Below, in pieces: positions 23,685-33,441 of a stretch of DNA of 64,000 nt. The stretch is from NCBI GenBank assembly GCA_041577295.1, contig JBFGJG010000001.1:96001-160000 (forward strand). Direction: 5' to 3'. Numbering within the stretch: the stretch's first letter is position 1; each line of letters opens with the position of its first letter. The notes under the pieces were generated by a model, which worked only from the letters and a program-made list of their open reading frames with translations, was not told the origin of the DNA and ran no database searches. The translations under genes and the position numbers were made by a program. Source of the stretch: Gemmatimonadales bacterium. Its GTDB lineage: Bacteria; Gemmatimonadota; Gemmatimonadetes; Gemmatimonadales; GWC2-71-9.

Positions 23685-25133
23685 TCAGGTGGGTGGACCA
23701 CCGTTGTCATCATCAGGCGGAGGCGGTGCCACACCACCACACTTCCCGAGCATCACGGACCCGAGCACGTTGAGCCGTCCCCGGCCGTACAATGCACTCA
23801 GAGGACGTCCGTCGATCTCGTCGGCTCCTTCGAAGAGACACTGCCTGAGATAGGACGCTCCCTGATCGAGCTTAATGGTCGACTCGATCACCCCCGCGGC
23901 GCCTGTGACGTGGGGTGCGGAGAAGCTCGTGCCGGCGCTAAAGACATACGTCGCTCCGCCGCCGCAGATGTCGGGAACCGCAATGCTACTGCAGGGCGCG
24001 AGAATCAGATCCGCGATCACGCTCCCCTCCACGAAGTCCCCTCCGGGGGCCAGGATGTTCACCCCGGCCCTGCCGTAGTTGGTGTAGGAGGCGAGTGCGT
24101 CGAAGTTTTGCTGCGCGACGGGAGCGGTAGCGCCTACGCTAACGACGGCGTCCAGCCCCGACGGGAAGTGAAAGACTGGCGACCCAAAGTCGATCTTGAT
24201 CCCGGAATTGCCGGCGGAGGCAACAATCAACGTGCCGCGTTTGAACGCAAAGTTCACGGCGCGCTGGGTGGCAACGATAAGCGGGTCCTTGCGGAAAACC
24301 TCAGGAATCAACCCGCCAAAGCTGATGTTGACAGCGTCCGCTCCGATGAGGCCGGCGTAGAGGAAGCCGTCGATGATCGCGCCAAACGGTGCCAAGCCTT
24401 CGATCCCTGCGATTTTGATCATGCAGAGGTCGGCGTCAGGTGCCACCGAGGCGGTTCCGATTCCGTTCGAGCCAACGATGCCAGTGACGAATGTGCCGTG
24501 GAAATTACGGTCGAGAATGTCAGGCTCGTCATCGAAGAACGACTTGCTGAGATCGAGGTTGACCTTCCCTGCCAGATCGATGTGCCCCGGGTCGATGCCG
24601 CTATCCATAATGCACAGGAGACTGCCTTCCCCCTGCGGGGTCACCAGCCAAGCGTCATCGGCCTTGACCTGTCGCATGTTCCACTGGAAGGCGTCGAAGA
24701 ATGCGGCGCCGCTCTGATCCGTCTCCGGGGGAAGCTCGTCCATCTGGACGAACTCGAGCTGCTCTATCGGAGGGATCCACTGGAAATCGAAGTCGCGCGC
24801 GACGGCCTCAACCTCCACCATCCCACCGAGTCGCGCACTCGTCGCGTCATCCAGACCGCTCACGGTGAGCACACCGATCTCGTCGTGGCGATGTTCGATC
24901 GTGCCACCAAGCGCGCGGATGCGAGAGAGGAGCCTTCGGGTTGGGGCTCGCTCCTCCCGCAGGACCACCACAAAATCACGTAGCTGGGCGCCTTCGCCAG
25001 CCACTTCCGCGAAGTTTGGCAGTGGTACCGCCGTTGGATCCGGTCCCGTCGTCTGGTCGACGCAACCCACCGCCAGCAAAGTCGCGGCCGCCAGTCCGAG
25101 GATTCGGGTTGGTTGCACCTTGGACAGTCTCAT
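23685..25133 (-). CDS. S8 (subtilase) serine peptidase, probable lipoprotein
   Basis: Lipobox AVGC; catalytic DSG, HGT, SAGN, GTSFSAPHV; start MRLSKV with GGAGG RBS. Confidence 0.9.
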   Translation of the reverse strand: MRLSKVQPTRILGLAAATLLAVGCVDQTTGPDPTAVPLPNFAEVAGEGAQLRDFVVVLREERAPTRRLLSRIRALGGTIEHRHDEIGVLTVSGLDDATSARLGGMVEVEAVARDFDFQWIPPIEQLEFVQMDELPPETDQSGAAFFDAFQWNMRQVKADDAWLVTPQGEGSLLCIMDSGIDPGHIDLAGKVNLDLSKSFFDDEPDILDRNFHGTFVTGIVGSNGIGTASVAPDADLCMIKIAGIEGLAPFGAIIDGFLYAGLIGADAVNISFGGLIPEVFRKDPLIVATQRAVNFAFKRGTLIVASAGNSGIKIDFGSPVFHFPSGLDAVVSVGATAPVAQQNFDALASYTNYGRAGVNILAPGGDFVEGSVIADLILAPCSSIAVPDICGGGATYVFSAGTSFSAPHVTGAAGVIESTIKLDQGASYLRQCLFEGADEIDGRPLSALYGRGRLNVLGSVMLGKCGGVAPPPPDDDNGGPPT

Positions 25134-25448
25134 GAACACCTCCGTGGGGAAAACAAATAGCGCCGCGTAGGTGAGCGCGGCGCAGTCGATAGGTCTCGGT
25201 TTGCGGAATGTCACGATCGGGCAGTGTCTCACAGACCCTGGCCTTGAGTCATCAGGTTTCCGTATCGCGTTCGCGCGATTATTGGATGTCGGTCGGTCGG
25301 TCGCAAGAGTTGCGAAGACGCAACACTTTTTCACGTTATCTGCAATCGCCTATATGAAGGAATGTGTTACGCTACCCGTTTGGAGGCTTGGATCTCACAT
25401 CTCAACCTGCAACCAGTTGACGATTAGGCTGAGTCGACCGTGACGTTC

Positions 25449-25871
25449 ATGAGAAACATAGGACTGCTCGCGTGCTGTTTTTCCCTTCTCGCTACCTCTA
25501 TTAGCGCTCAGGAGCCGGGCGACAGTGTGCGCCTCATGCGCCAGGGCGACTCTACCTGGGTCTACGGCCGGGTGCTTACCGCGGCCGGTCAAGAGTTAGT
25601 GGTCGGGGATATCACGGGCGTCGAGGTCTTCAACCGGCGGATCATCGTCCGCTTGGAGCGCTTCCGCCGTCGTCGTGCCGAGTGGGTTATTGGCACTTGG
25701 GCGCTGGGCGGCCTGGCGGCGGGGGCATTGGTCGCAGCGCTCACGGCCGACGACGCTACCACGGAGGATGTCGTCGTCACAGTCGTCGCTGGGACCGGGG
25801 TAGGCATAGCGGCGGGGTTTCTCGATTTCCGTTTCCGGCCCGGGGGTTGGGTCGTTGTCCCTCCACCCTGA
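25449..25871 (+). CDS. Hypothetical exported/membrane protein
   Basis: Signal peptide ending ISA-QE, two C-terminal glycine-rich hydrophobic helices. Confidence 0.65.
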   Translation: MRNIGLLACCFSLLATSISAQEPGDSVRLMRQGDSTWVYGRVLTAAGQELVVGDITGVEVFNRRIIVRLERFRRRRAEWVIGTWALGGLAAGALVAALTADDATTEDVVVTVVAGTGVGIAAGFLDFRFRPGGWVVVPPP

Positions 25872-26020
25872 CCTCATCCTTTACTTTAAGTGCCACGCCG
25901 ATCAACTAGCCAGCCGCCTGCTCCCGGCCGCTGGGTTAATCTGAGCGGCATGCCAAGCCTCCACCCGCTACGAATCCGCGCCTCCTACCGATCAAAAGCC
26001 GAATCAGGGGCCGGGACAGC

Positions 26021-26090
26021 TTTCTTTCCGCGGTTTTCTGGCCGATTCTGCATTTTCCTGTATCTTTCTTTCCTTTCCTTCTAGCAGAAA
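26021..26090 (+). repeat. Six pyrimidine hexamers phased at 10 bp plus one inverted copy
   Basis: TTTCCG, TTTCTG, ATTCTG, TTCCTG, TTTCTT, TTCCTT ending at 26030/40/50/60/70/80; CAGAAA at 26085-26090. Confidence 0.6.
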
Positions 26091-26121
26091 AGCAAACCGG
26101 CCCTTCTTTTATAGGAGTGTC

Positions 26122-26574
26122 ATGAAGGTTCAAGAGGCTGCGTTCAAGGTTCTGAGCACGGAGGGCAGACCGCTCTCCTCCCGCGAGTTGGCGAGTCGGA
26201 TCCTCGACGGTGGGATGGTGACGAGCGCCGCTCGAGACCCTGCGCTTTCCGTGGCCTCGACAATCGAAAAAAACATCCGGAGCAAGACGTATAACCGACC
26301 GGAGCTCGTGTTCGTGCACACGTCTTCAGGACGGCTCGTCGCGCTTCCGAGCTGGAAGCCCCGGAGCGTGCCGCCAGGGCCGGACCGGCGCACGGTTTCA
26401 GTCCCGATTCCAGCGGACCTCGCCGACAAGATCAAGCTGGCAGCGCAGGCAGGCCTAGCACCGTCGTTCGAGGCGACCACCGCAATGGTGTTGCGGAAAG
26501 GATTGGCGGCGGCGGCGCCTCAAATCAAAGCGGCCCTCATGCGGCAGCTGGAGGCACTCGAGCACGCGGGGTGA
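26122..26574 (+). CDS. Winged HTH (HARE-HTH-like) protein with possible C-terminal ribbon-helix-helix
   Basis: EAAFKVL..EGRPLSSRELA..I...G....ARDPALSVAS pattern; C-terminal RTVSVPIPADLADKIKLAA; AGGAG RBS. Confidence 0.7.
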   Translation: MKVQEAAFKVLSTEGRPLSSRELASRILDGGMVTSAARDPALSVASTIEKNIRSKTYNRPELVFVHTSSGRLVALPSWKPRSVPPGPDRRTVSVPIPADLADKIKLAAQAGLAPSFEATTAMVLRKGLAAAAPQIKAALMRQLEALEHAG

Positions 26575-26621
26575 GGGTCGGCGTGTACGTGAGAAAGTGT
26601 AGATAGGCAAGGAGAGGACGA

Positions 26622-26648
26622 GGCCGTCAACAGGGCGGCCGTTTTGTT
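26622..26648 (+). terminator. Intrinsic terminator after the HTH gene
   Basis: GGCCGTC-aacag-GGCGGCC followed by GTTTTGTT. Confidence 0.55.
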
Positions 26649-26808
26649 GCCGGCCATTCGGTAGCGTGATTCTGCCCCCGCCCGTGACCCGCGTTCAGTT
26701 AGTTGCGGTTCCGTTGCGCCGCCCGTACGTTAGCGCCACCCGCGACGTCTGCCACGTCCCGCCACGGCACACGGTGTTCAGGATCTCGTCACATTTCGAG
26801 GAGGGCAC

Positions 26809-27264
26809 ATGCGTCTGTCACCATCGCTCATCGCGACGGCGCTCATCGGCATCTCGATCACGCCCGGCGCGGTGCACGCGCAAGAGGAAGCGCCGCCAAC
26901 CCATTACCTCTCCGTCACGACCTTCCAAGTTCCCTACGACGCGGACGCACGGCAGAAGGTGAATTGGTGGATCGACTCGGTCATGGTGCCGACCGCGAAA
27001 ATGAACCCCAGTGTGCGGTCGTATCGTGTGGCGAACCACATCTATGGTGCCAGGGGAGGCGATATCGTCATCGTCACCGAATACGCCGACTGGAATGCCA
27101 TCAATGCCGATTGTGAACCGTGCTCCACGTGGTTCCAAAATCGCCAGCCTGCAGAAGGCACACCGGAGCGCGAGGCGTGGAACGCGGCACAAGCGATGTT
27201 CTTCAAGTACTTCACGGGACATCATGATGAGGTCTATGTCTTCAATATGAGTCGCGCGAAGTAG
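26809..27264 (+). CDS. Hypothetical secreted protein
   Basis: Signal peptide (AVHA-QEE), GAGG RBS, CEPC motif. Confidence 0.8.
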   Translation: MRLSPSLIATALIGISITPGAVHAQEEAPPTHYLSVTTFQVPYDADARQKVNWWIDSVMVPTAKMNPSVRSYRVANHIYGARGGDIVIVTEYADWNAINADCEPCSTWFQNRQPAEGTPEREAWNAAQAMFFKYFTGHHDEVYVFNMSRAK

Positions 27265-27378
27265 GCAGCGAAAGAACGGCGAGGTAGGAGCGGGTCGCCT
27301 GGCGCCTCGTGAAAAAAAGGCCCGATGCGGTCGCAACCTGACTTGATGTCAAGCGATCCTGAGTGATGGCGCTTAACG

Positions 27379-27410
27379 AAAAACGCCCGGCCGGTTCCGG
27401 CCGGGCGTCG
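27379..27410 (-). terminator. Intrinsic terminator of tRNA-Leu
   Basis: Minus strand ACGCCCGGCCGG-aa-CCGGCCGGGCGT running into a T-tract. Confidence 0.75.
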
Positions 27411-27426
27411 TGCTTCTCATGTGCAA

Positions 27427-27509
27427 TGCCCGAGGTGAGAGTCGAACTCACACGCCGTTGCCGGCACCGGATTTTGAGTCCGGCGCGTCTGCCATTCCGC
27501 CACTCGGGC
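27427..27509 (-). tRNA. tRNA-Leu(CAA)
   Basis: GCCCGAG/CTCGGGC acceptor stem, anticodon arm CCGGA-CTCAAAA-TCCGG, long variable arm, GTTCGACT T-loop; CCA not encoded. Confidence 0.97.
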
Positions 27510-27652
27510 TGGGGGAACGAATATACCCAGGGGGTGTGGCCCGTCCAAAAGCGGCTACCCGCGTCGGCGCACAGACACGCACAGCATAAAATCCAGGCCG
27601 GTGCCCATGTTCCTGGAGCACCGTTTCTCTTCTTCGGTTTTTCCGTTGCCTT

Positions 27653-28141
27653 TTAGGGGCGCCGCCTCACATCCCTTCCCTGCATCCGCTGTTGCAGGAC
27701 CCGCTCGACCTGCATCTGGAATCGTCTGATCGCAATGGTGAGCTGCGCGAGCTGGACCGGCGAGAGAAACTCCCCAAACTGGGCCTGTTCGATGCGTAGC
27801 CGCTCCACGCGTTCACTCTGCACGTCTACGAGGCCAGCAAGCAGCCGGCTCAGACTATCCTGATCCGCAGCAATGCCCGGGCGCATCTGTCCCTCGAGTC
27901 CCAGCCACAGCGCTCGCTCTCGGCGGTTGAGCGCATTGCGCGCATCGAATGCCTCCCGCGCCACCCGTTGGAACCGCACAAACTGCTCATCCGTAAGTCC
28001 TGCCTGCGAACGGTAGTTGACCATGAATCGCTCCAGCACCTGCTCCTGAAGCCGCTCGCGCTCCATGTCCGGGGTCTGCGCGCTGACCGGAGTCGATGCC
28101 CACGCCAGCGCAAGGACGATCAGAACGACGGGGCGCATCAT
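27653..28141 (-). CDS. Periplasmic helical protein, Spy/CpxP-like
   Basis: Signal peptide, LTDEQ and LSPVQ motifs; third gene of the ECF triad. Confidence 0.75.
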   Translation of the reverse strand: MMRPVVLIVLALAWASTPVSAQTPDMERERLQEQVLERFMVNYRSQAGLTDEQFVRFQRVAREAFDARNALNRRERALWLGLEGQMRPGIAADQDSLSRLLAGLVDVQSERVERLRIEQAQFGEFLSPVQLAQLTIAIRRFQMQVERVLQQRMQGRDVRRRP

Positions 28142-28536
28142 CCCTCCATGCTCTGAAGCAGTGTCTCGAGCTGACGCGACGAAAGATCATCGAGCGAGAC
28201 CGGGACCAACTCGGAGAGCGGAGCCTCCACCTCGAGCGAGTCCATCAACTCTGTCAGCTCGGTCGCGGCCAACTCCTCGATGGTGACCGGTACCGGTGCC
28301 GTGAGATCGATTGCCACCGGCGTCTCGTTTGGTTGGAAGACTGCTAAGCCAATCGCGACTACCAGCACGGCGGCTGCCGCGATCCAGCGCACCGCGCTCA
28401 TGCGCCAAACACGAACGACCACCGGCGCCGTTCGCAGCCGCGCCACGACAGCTTCGGCGGTTCGGTCTGCATCGATACGGCCAGCCTCCCGCTCGCCAAG
28501 TCGCTTTGCCAGTGCCTCGAGCTCGTGATCTTCCAT
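28138..28536 (-). CDS. Probable anti-sigma factor (single TM)
   Basis: WIAAAAVLVVAIG TM helix; downstream of the ECF sigma; start MEDHELE with GGAG RBS. Confidence 0.7.
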   Translation of the reverse strand: MEDHELEALAKRLGEREAGRIDADRTAEAVVARLRTAPVVVRVWRMSAVRWIAAAAVLVVAIGLAVFQPNETPVAIDLTAPVPVTIEELAATELTELMDSLEVEAPLSELVPVSLDDLSSRQLETLLQSMEG

Positions 28537-28647
28537 GTACTCTCTACTCCTTGCTGGGAGATCGACGGGATTGGCTAATCCCACTCCCCGTCTTCTGCTC
28601 CCTACATACCGCTCAGCGGTAGCTGTTTACTGCGTAAAGCTCACTGC

Positions 28648-29199
28648 TCACTGCAGTATCTGCTTCAACCGCTTCACCGCATGATGGTAGTGCACGCGGG
28701 CGGCACCGATACTGGTCTCCAGCACCTCCGCGATTTCTTCGTAGGGCAGCCCCTGCTGTGCACGCAACAGAAAAACGTCGCGCTGCATTGCCGGCAACTG
28801 TCGAACCTCTTCCTGCAACCGGTCCACCAGGTCTCGTTCACGCAGCGCCGACTGCGGATCGTTGCCCTCGTCGACGATTTCCCGATCCTCGAGTGGCAGC
28901 ACCTTGCGCCGACGCCGACGCCGACGAAGATCCTTGAGCGCATTCATTCCAATAGTCAGCAGCCATGAGCGAAACTCCGCCTCGCCCCGGAAGGTGTCGA
29001 TGCGCCGGAACGCTCGGAAGAACGTCTCCTGCACGAGATCATCGAGATCTTCCCCTGCTCCCCCTGCTGCCAAGAACCGAGCTACCGAACTCGTATGGCG
29101 GCGCACCAGTTCACCCGCGGCTCCCTCGTCGCCCGACCGCCAGGCCGCGATCAGTTCGCGGTCAGGGACACCGTGTAGACGAGGCTCCGGCGAGCTCAC
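28648..29199 (-). CDS. ECF RNA polymerase sigma factor
   Basis: DDLVQETF, FRSWLLTI, LPYEEIAEVL region 4.2. Confidence 0.93.
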   Translation of the reverse strand: MSSPEPRLHGVPDRELIAAWRSGDEGAAGELVRRHTSSVARFLAAGGAGEDLDDLVQETFFRAFRRIDTFRGEAEFRSWLLTIGMNALKDLRRRRRRRKVLPLEDREIVDEGNDPQSALRERDLVDRLQEEVRQLPAMQRDVFLLRAQQGLPYEEIAEVLETSIGAARVHYHHAVKRLKQILQ

Positions 29200-29208
29200 A
29201 CCAAGAGA

Positions 29209-29232
29209 GACGTTGGGCGGCCCGAAACGTTA
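29209..29232 (-). promoter_or_regulatory. Probable autoregulatory ECF promoter
   Basis: Minus strand TAAC-N16-CGTC, ending 9 nt before the sigma GTG. Confidence 0.55.
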
Positions 29233-29331
29233 ACTCCGTGCGGGATGGCAAGATCCGCCAGCGTCGCCGGACTTGTGGCACCGAGGCGACTAGCGAATCG
29301 CGCACGCCCCGATGAAGCGCCACCTGGTGTC

Positions 29332-29376
29332 TTGACCATCCTACACCCCTGGAGTAAGTTCGAACGAACGTTCGAA
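29332..29376 (+). promoter_or_regulatory. Sigma70 promoter with palindromic operator for the TetR/catabolic operon
   Basis: TTGACC-N17-TAAGTT; palindrome TTCGAACG-AA-CGTTCGAA at 29359-29376. Confidence 0.75.
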
Positions 29377-29984
29377 TGGCTACCACGCTCCCTTACGACG
29401 ACCGGCTCGAGCAGCTGCTAGACACCGCTGCCCCCGTGTTTGCGGCCAAAGGCTACCACCCCACCACGATGCGGGACCTCTCGCGAGCGACGGGGATGAG
29501 CTTGGCCGGAATGTACTATTACGTGCGGGGCAAGGATGAGCTGCTATTCTTCATCCAGCAGCGCTGTTTCACCCGTGTCATTGAAGGAGCCGAGCAAGCC
29601 ATCCGTGACGCCCGCGACCCGGTCGACCGACTGGGCCGCTTCATCCATCATCACATCACGTTCTTCGCCCGCCACATGAGCGAGATGAAGGTGCTGTCAC
29701 ACGAGGCGGATGCTCTGAGTGACAGTCGCCGAGCGGAAATCGACCAGTTGAAGCGGCAGTACGTGAGCATGCTGCGTGGCCTGATCGACGCGATCGATCC
29801 GACCAACGGGGACCACCCCGATCCACGCGTCTCCGCGTACGCGCTGTTTGGCATGATGAACTGGATCTACACCTGGTACGATCCCAACGGGCCGGTGACA
29901 CCGGATGACCTCGCCCGTCACCTCACGCAAGTCTTTCTCTACGGCGTGGCCTCAACTCCATCGACGGTTTCACAGGGAGGATGA
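29376..29984 (+). CDS. TetR family regulator (KstR2/PaaR-like C-terminus)
   Basis: N-terminal HTH (KGYHPTTMRDL...YYYVRGKDELL), GMMNWIYTWY. Confidence 0.93.
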   Translation: MATTLPYDDRLEQLLDTAAPVFAAKGYHPTTMRDLSRATGMSLAGMYYYVRGKDELLFFIQQRCFTRVIEGAEQAIRDARDPVDRLGRFIHHHITFFARHMSEMKVLSHEADALSDSRRAEIDQLKRQYVSMLRGLIDAIDPTNGDHPDPRVSAYALFGMMNWIYTWYDPNGPVTPDDLARHLTQVFLYGVASTPSTVSQGG

Positions 29985-29990
29985 CGTTCC

Positions 29991-30818
29991 ATGGCTACCA
30001 CAGCGACCCCAAAGCGAACGGGCAACACGAAGACGGACCGGCTCGTCGAGTACCGCAAGGACGACGCGATCGCGATCCTCGAGCTCAACGACCCGCCAGC
30101 CAACACGTACACGTATGAGATGATGTGCCAGCTGGATGAGGCGATCCTCGACGCCCGGATGGACGATGACGTGCAGATCATCATCCTGCGCGGCAAGGGT
30201 AACAAGTTCTTTTCCGCCGGCGCGAACATCAAGATGCTCTCATCGGTCACGCCGCGTTTCAAGTACTTCTTCTGCTTGCACGCCAACGAAACGCTCAACC
30301 GCCTCGAGCACACACCCAAGCTCGTGATCGCCGCTCTTAACGGTCACACGGTCGGCGGTGGACTGGAGATCGCGATGGCGTGCGACCTTCGCCTTGCCTG
30401 TCAGGATGCAGGAAAGATCGGCTTGCCGGAGGTCAACCTGGGCGTGCTGCCCGGCACCGGCGGGACGCAGCGTCTCTCGCGGCTCATCGGGAAGTCTCGC
30501 GCGCTCGAGATGATGATCAAGGGCGAGACATTTTCCTTTGAGAAGGCGAAGGAAATTGGCCTGGTCAACGAAGTATTCCCCAAGGACAACTTCTGGGACC
30601 AGGTCATCATGTATGCAAAGCAGTTCACGACGCCCAACAAGGCGGCGAAGGCCGTGGGCAACATCAAGCGCGCGGTGTGCTCTGGCCTCGAAGTGCCGTT
30701 TGAGAGCGGCCTCGCCATTGAGCGCGAGTTGCAGCAGCAGCTTTTCCAGAGTGAGGATGCCAAAGAGGGACTGAGCGCCTACGTCGAAAAGCGTATGGCT
30801 GCCTTCAAGGGCCAGTAG
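29991..30818 (+). CDS. Crotonase-family enoyl-CoA hydratase/hydrolase
   Basis: FSAGAN, GGGLEIA, GLPEVNLGVLPGTGGTQRL; both catalytic Glu present. Confidence 0.9.
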   Translation: MATTATPKRTGNTKTDRLVEYRKDDAIAILELNDPPANTYTYEMMCQLDEAILDARMDDDVQIIILRGKGNKFFSAGANIKMLSSVTPRFKYFFCLHANETLNRLEHTPKLVIAALNGHTVGGGLEIAMACDLRLACQDAGKIGLPEVNLGVLPGTGGTQRLSRLIGKSRALEMMIKGETFSFEKAKEIGLVNEVFPKDNFWDQVIMYAKQFTTPNKAAKAVGNIKRAVCSGLEVPFESGLAIERELQQQLFQSEDAKEGLSAYVEKRMAAFKGQ

Positions 30819-32251
30819 TGCGCACCGAGCTCTTCATCGCGAACGAATGGCGGCCCAGCTCCGGAGGCCGAACCGTCGATGTCGTTAATCCGGCGACGGA
30901 GGCTGTCATCACCTCCGTCGCCGAGGCATCGACTGCGGATGTCGACGGCGCCGTTGAGGCCGCGCGCCGCTGTTTTGAGAGCGACGAGTGGCGACAACTG
31001 GACGCGCGGGCGCGTGGAGCGATGCTCTACCGGGCGGGCGAGCTGCTGCAGCAGCGGCGGGACGACGTCGCGAAGCTCGAGACGTTGCAAAACGGCAAGC
31101 CGTTCTTCGAGTCGAAGATCGACGTCGCCATGACCGTGGATACGCTCAAGTATTACGGTGGTTGGGCGGATAAGTTGACCGGTGACGTCCTCCCAGTTGG
31201 CCGCGGCGATTTTGTCTACACGACCCGCGAACCCGTTGGCGTCGTAGCCGCGATCGTCCCATGGAACTTCCCGCTCAACCTGGCGAGCTGGAAGTTTTCC
31301 CCTGCTTTGGCCGTGGGCTGCACGGTGGTGCTCAAACCCGCATCGGAAACTCCGCTCACTGCGCTCGCGATGGCGGAGATCATGGCGGAAGCGGGCTTTC
31401 CTCCGGGCGCGTTCAACGTCCTCCTCGGCGGCGGGTCAACAGTTGGGGCCGAGCTAGTAGCGCATCCCGGGGTCGACAAGATCGCCTTCACCGGATCAAC
31501 CCAGGTCGGTAAGAGCATCATGCGCGGTGCCGCCGATACCCTCAAACGGGTGACGCTCGAGCTGGGGGGGAAGAGTCCCAACATCATCTTCGCTGACGCC
31601 GATCTGAAGGCGGCCGTGCGCGGTGCGCAGAATGGCATCTTCTACGGCAAGGGGGAGGTCTGCGCCGCGGGTTCGCGTCTGCTGGTCGAGCGCTCGGTGC
31701 ACGATCAGGTCATCGAGGAGCTCGCCGCGCGCGCGGCGAAACTGGTACCGGGTGACCCGTTTGACAAAAACACCCGCCTGGGCGCCGTCGTTTCCAAGCG
31801 GCAACAGGAGACCGTTCTCAGTTACATCGATGCCGGAAAGAAGGAAGCCAAGCTGGTAGCTGGCGGAAAACCCGCGAAGGTGAACGGTAAAGGGTACTTC
31901 GTCGAAGCCACCGTCTTCGACAACGCGAAGCCCGGAATGAAGATTGTCGACGAAGAAATCTTCGGCCCGGTACTGTCCGTGCTCACGTTTGATGACGTCG
32001 ATGAGGGCATCGCGCTCGCCAACAAGACGCAGTACGGTCTCGCCGCCGGGATCTGGACCAAAGACATCCAGAAGGCCTTTCAAGTTGCCCGGGCTATCCG
32101 TGCAGGCACTGTTTGGGTGAACACCTACAATCTCTACGACTCGGCAGCGCCGTTTGGCGGTTACAAGGCGAGCGGGTTTGGGAGGGATTTGGGGCGCGAA
32201 GCGCTTCAAGGGTACACGGAGACCAAGACGGTATGGATGGGTCTCAAGTGA
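30818..32251 (+). CDS. NAD(P)-dependent aldehyde dehydrogenase
   Basis: PWNFP, FTGST, LELGGKSP, catalytic Cys in GEVCAAG, EEIFGPV. Confidence 0.95.
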   Translation: MRTELFIANEWRPSSGGRTVDVVNPATEAVITSVAEASTADVDGAVEAARRCFESDEWRQLDARARGAMLYRAGELLQQRRDDVAKLETLQNGKPFFESKIDVAMTVDTLKYYGGWADKLTGDVLPVGRGDFVYTTREPVGVVAAIVPWNFPLNLASWKFSPALAVGCTVVLKPASETPLTALAMAEIMAEAGFPPGAFNVLLGGGSTVGAELVAHPGVDKIAFTGSTQVGKSIMRGAADTLKRVTLELGGKSPNIIFADADLKAAVRGAQNGIFYGKGEVCAAGSRLLVERSVHDQVIEELAARAAKLVPGDPFDKNTRLGAVVSKRQQETVLSYIDAGKKEAKLVAGGKPAKVNGKGYFVEATVFDNAKPGMKIVDEEIFGPVLSVLTFDDVDEGIALANKTQYGLAAGIWTKDIQKAFQVARAIRAGTVWVNTYNLYDSAAPFGGYKASGFGRDLGREALQGYTETKTVWMGLK

Positions 32252-33441
32252 ACGACGCTCTGATCTGCTCCGCTGTACGAACGCCGGTCGGCCGTCACGG
32301 AGGCGCGCTTGCTGACCTGCGTCCCGACGATCTGGCAGCCGTTGCCGTTAAGGCCGCGGTGGATAGAGTGGGCTTCGATCCCACCGCGATCGACGATGTC
32401 ATTCTCGGCTGCGCCAATCAGGCAGGCGAGGACAACCGCAACGTGGCACGCATGGCGGCGTTGCTGGCTGGATTTCCCGTGGAGGTTCCGGGTCAGACGG
32501 TGAATCGCCTGTGTGGGTCGGGGCTCCAGGCGGTTGCCAGTGCGGCTCAGGCGATCAAGGCGAACGAGGGTGACGCGTTTGTCGCGGGCGGTGTCGAGAG
32601 CATGACGCGCGCACCATACGTCATGCTCAAGCGTGGAACCGGTTGGGACCGGCAGCCGCCGGAGATGGCGGACACCACGGTGGGTTGGCGCTTCGTCAAC
32701 CCGACCATGCGCGCGGAATGGACCGTGTCACTCGGGCAAACGGCAGAAAACGTTGCCAATCGCTACGGCATTACGCGAGCCGAGCAGGACGAGTTTGCGT
32801 ACGAGAGCCAGCGACGGGCTAAGGCTGCCCTCGAACAGTGTGTGTTTCGCGATGAGATCGTCCCTGTCACAATGGGTGGCCCCAAAGACACGCGGGTTAT
32901 CGAGCGCGACGAGCACCCACGCCCCGACGTCACACTCCAGAAGCTGGGCAAGCTGAACCCGGCGTTTGCGATAGGCGGCACCGTAACCGCCGGCACCTCG
33001 AGCGGCATCAATGACGGCGCCGCCGCGTTAGTCGTGGTACGAGGCTCGAGCCAAGCACAAAGCTCGCTCGTGCCGCTGGCTCGCATCGTGACCACCGCGG
33101 TTGCCGGTGTCGATCCATCGCGCATGGGCTTGGGCCCCATACCCGCGACGCGCAAGGCACTGGCACGTTGCGGTATGACCATAGATCAACTGGATCTCAT
33201 CGAGCTCAACGAAGCCTTCGCCGCGCAGGCAATCGCCTGCATTCGCGAGCTCGAGCTCGACCCCAGCCGCGTAAACATCTACGGCGGTGGAATCGCTCTG
33301 GGCCATCCGCTGGGGTGCACCGGGGCGAAGATTCTCACGACGCTAGTCCATGCGTTACGGCGCACCGGAGGGCGCTTCGGGTTGGTGACCATGTGTATTG
33401 GTGTCGGCCAAGGTATCGCCATGATCGTGGAGCGCGCGTGA
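32248..33441 (+). CDS. 3-oxoadipyl-CoA thiolase-like acetyl-CoA C-acyltransferase (PaaJ/PcaF-like)
   Basis: GCANQAGEDNRNVARM, NRLCGSG, NEAFA, GHPLG, CIGVGQG; GTG start. Confidence 0.92.
   Translation: MNDALICSAVRTPVGRHGGALADLRPDDLAAVAVKAAVDRVGFDPTAIDDVILGCANQAGEDNRNVARMAALLAGFPVEVPGQTVNRLCGSGLQAVASAAQAIKANEGDAFVAGGVESMTRAPYVMLKRGTGWDRQPPEMADTTVGWRFVNPTMRAEWTVSLGQTAENVANRYGITRAEQDEFAYESQRRAKAALEQCVFRDEIVPVTMGGPKDTRVIERDEHPRPDVTLQKLGKLNPAFAIGGTVTAGTSSGINDGAAALVVVRGSSQAQSSLVPLARIVTTAVAGVDPSRMGLGPIPATRKALARCGMTIDQLDLIELNEAFAAQAIACIRELELDPSRVNIYGGGIALGHPLGCTGAKILTTLVHALRRTGGRFGLVTMCIGVGQGIAMIVERA

Noticed and set aside
23685..25133. GTSF instead of GTSM as a sign of an inactive subtilase
   Set aside because: The catalytic Asp, His, Ser and the oxyanion Asn are all present; this variant is common.
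21195..27509. Prophage or integrative element at tRNA-Leu
   Set aside because: No integrase, phage or conjugation genes, and no att duplication seen.
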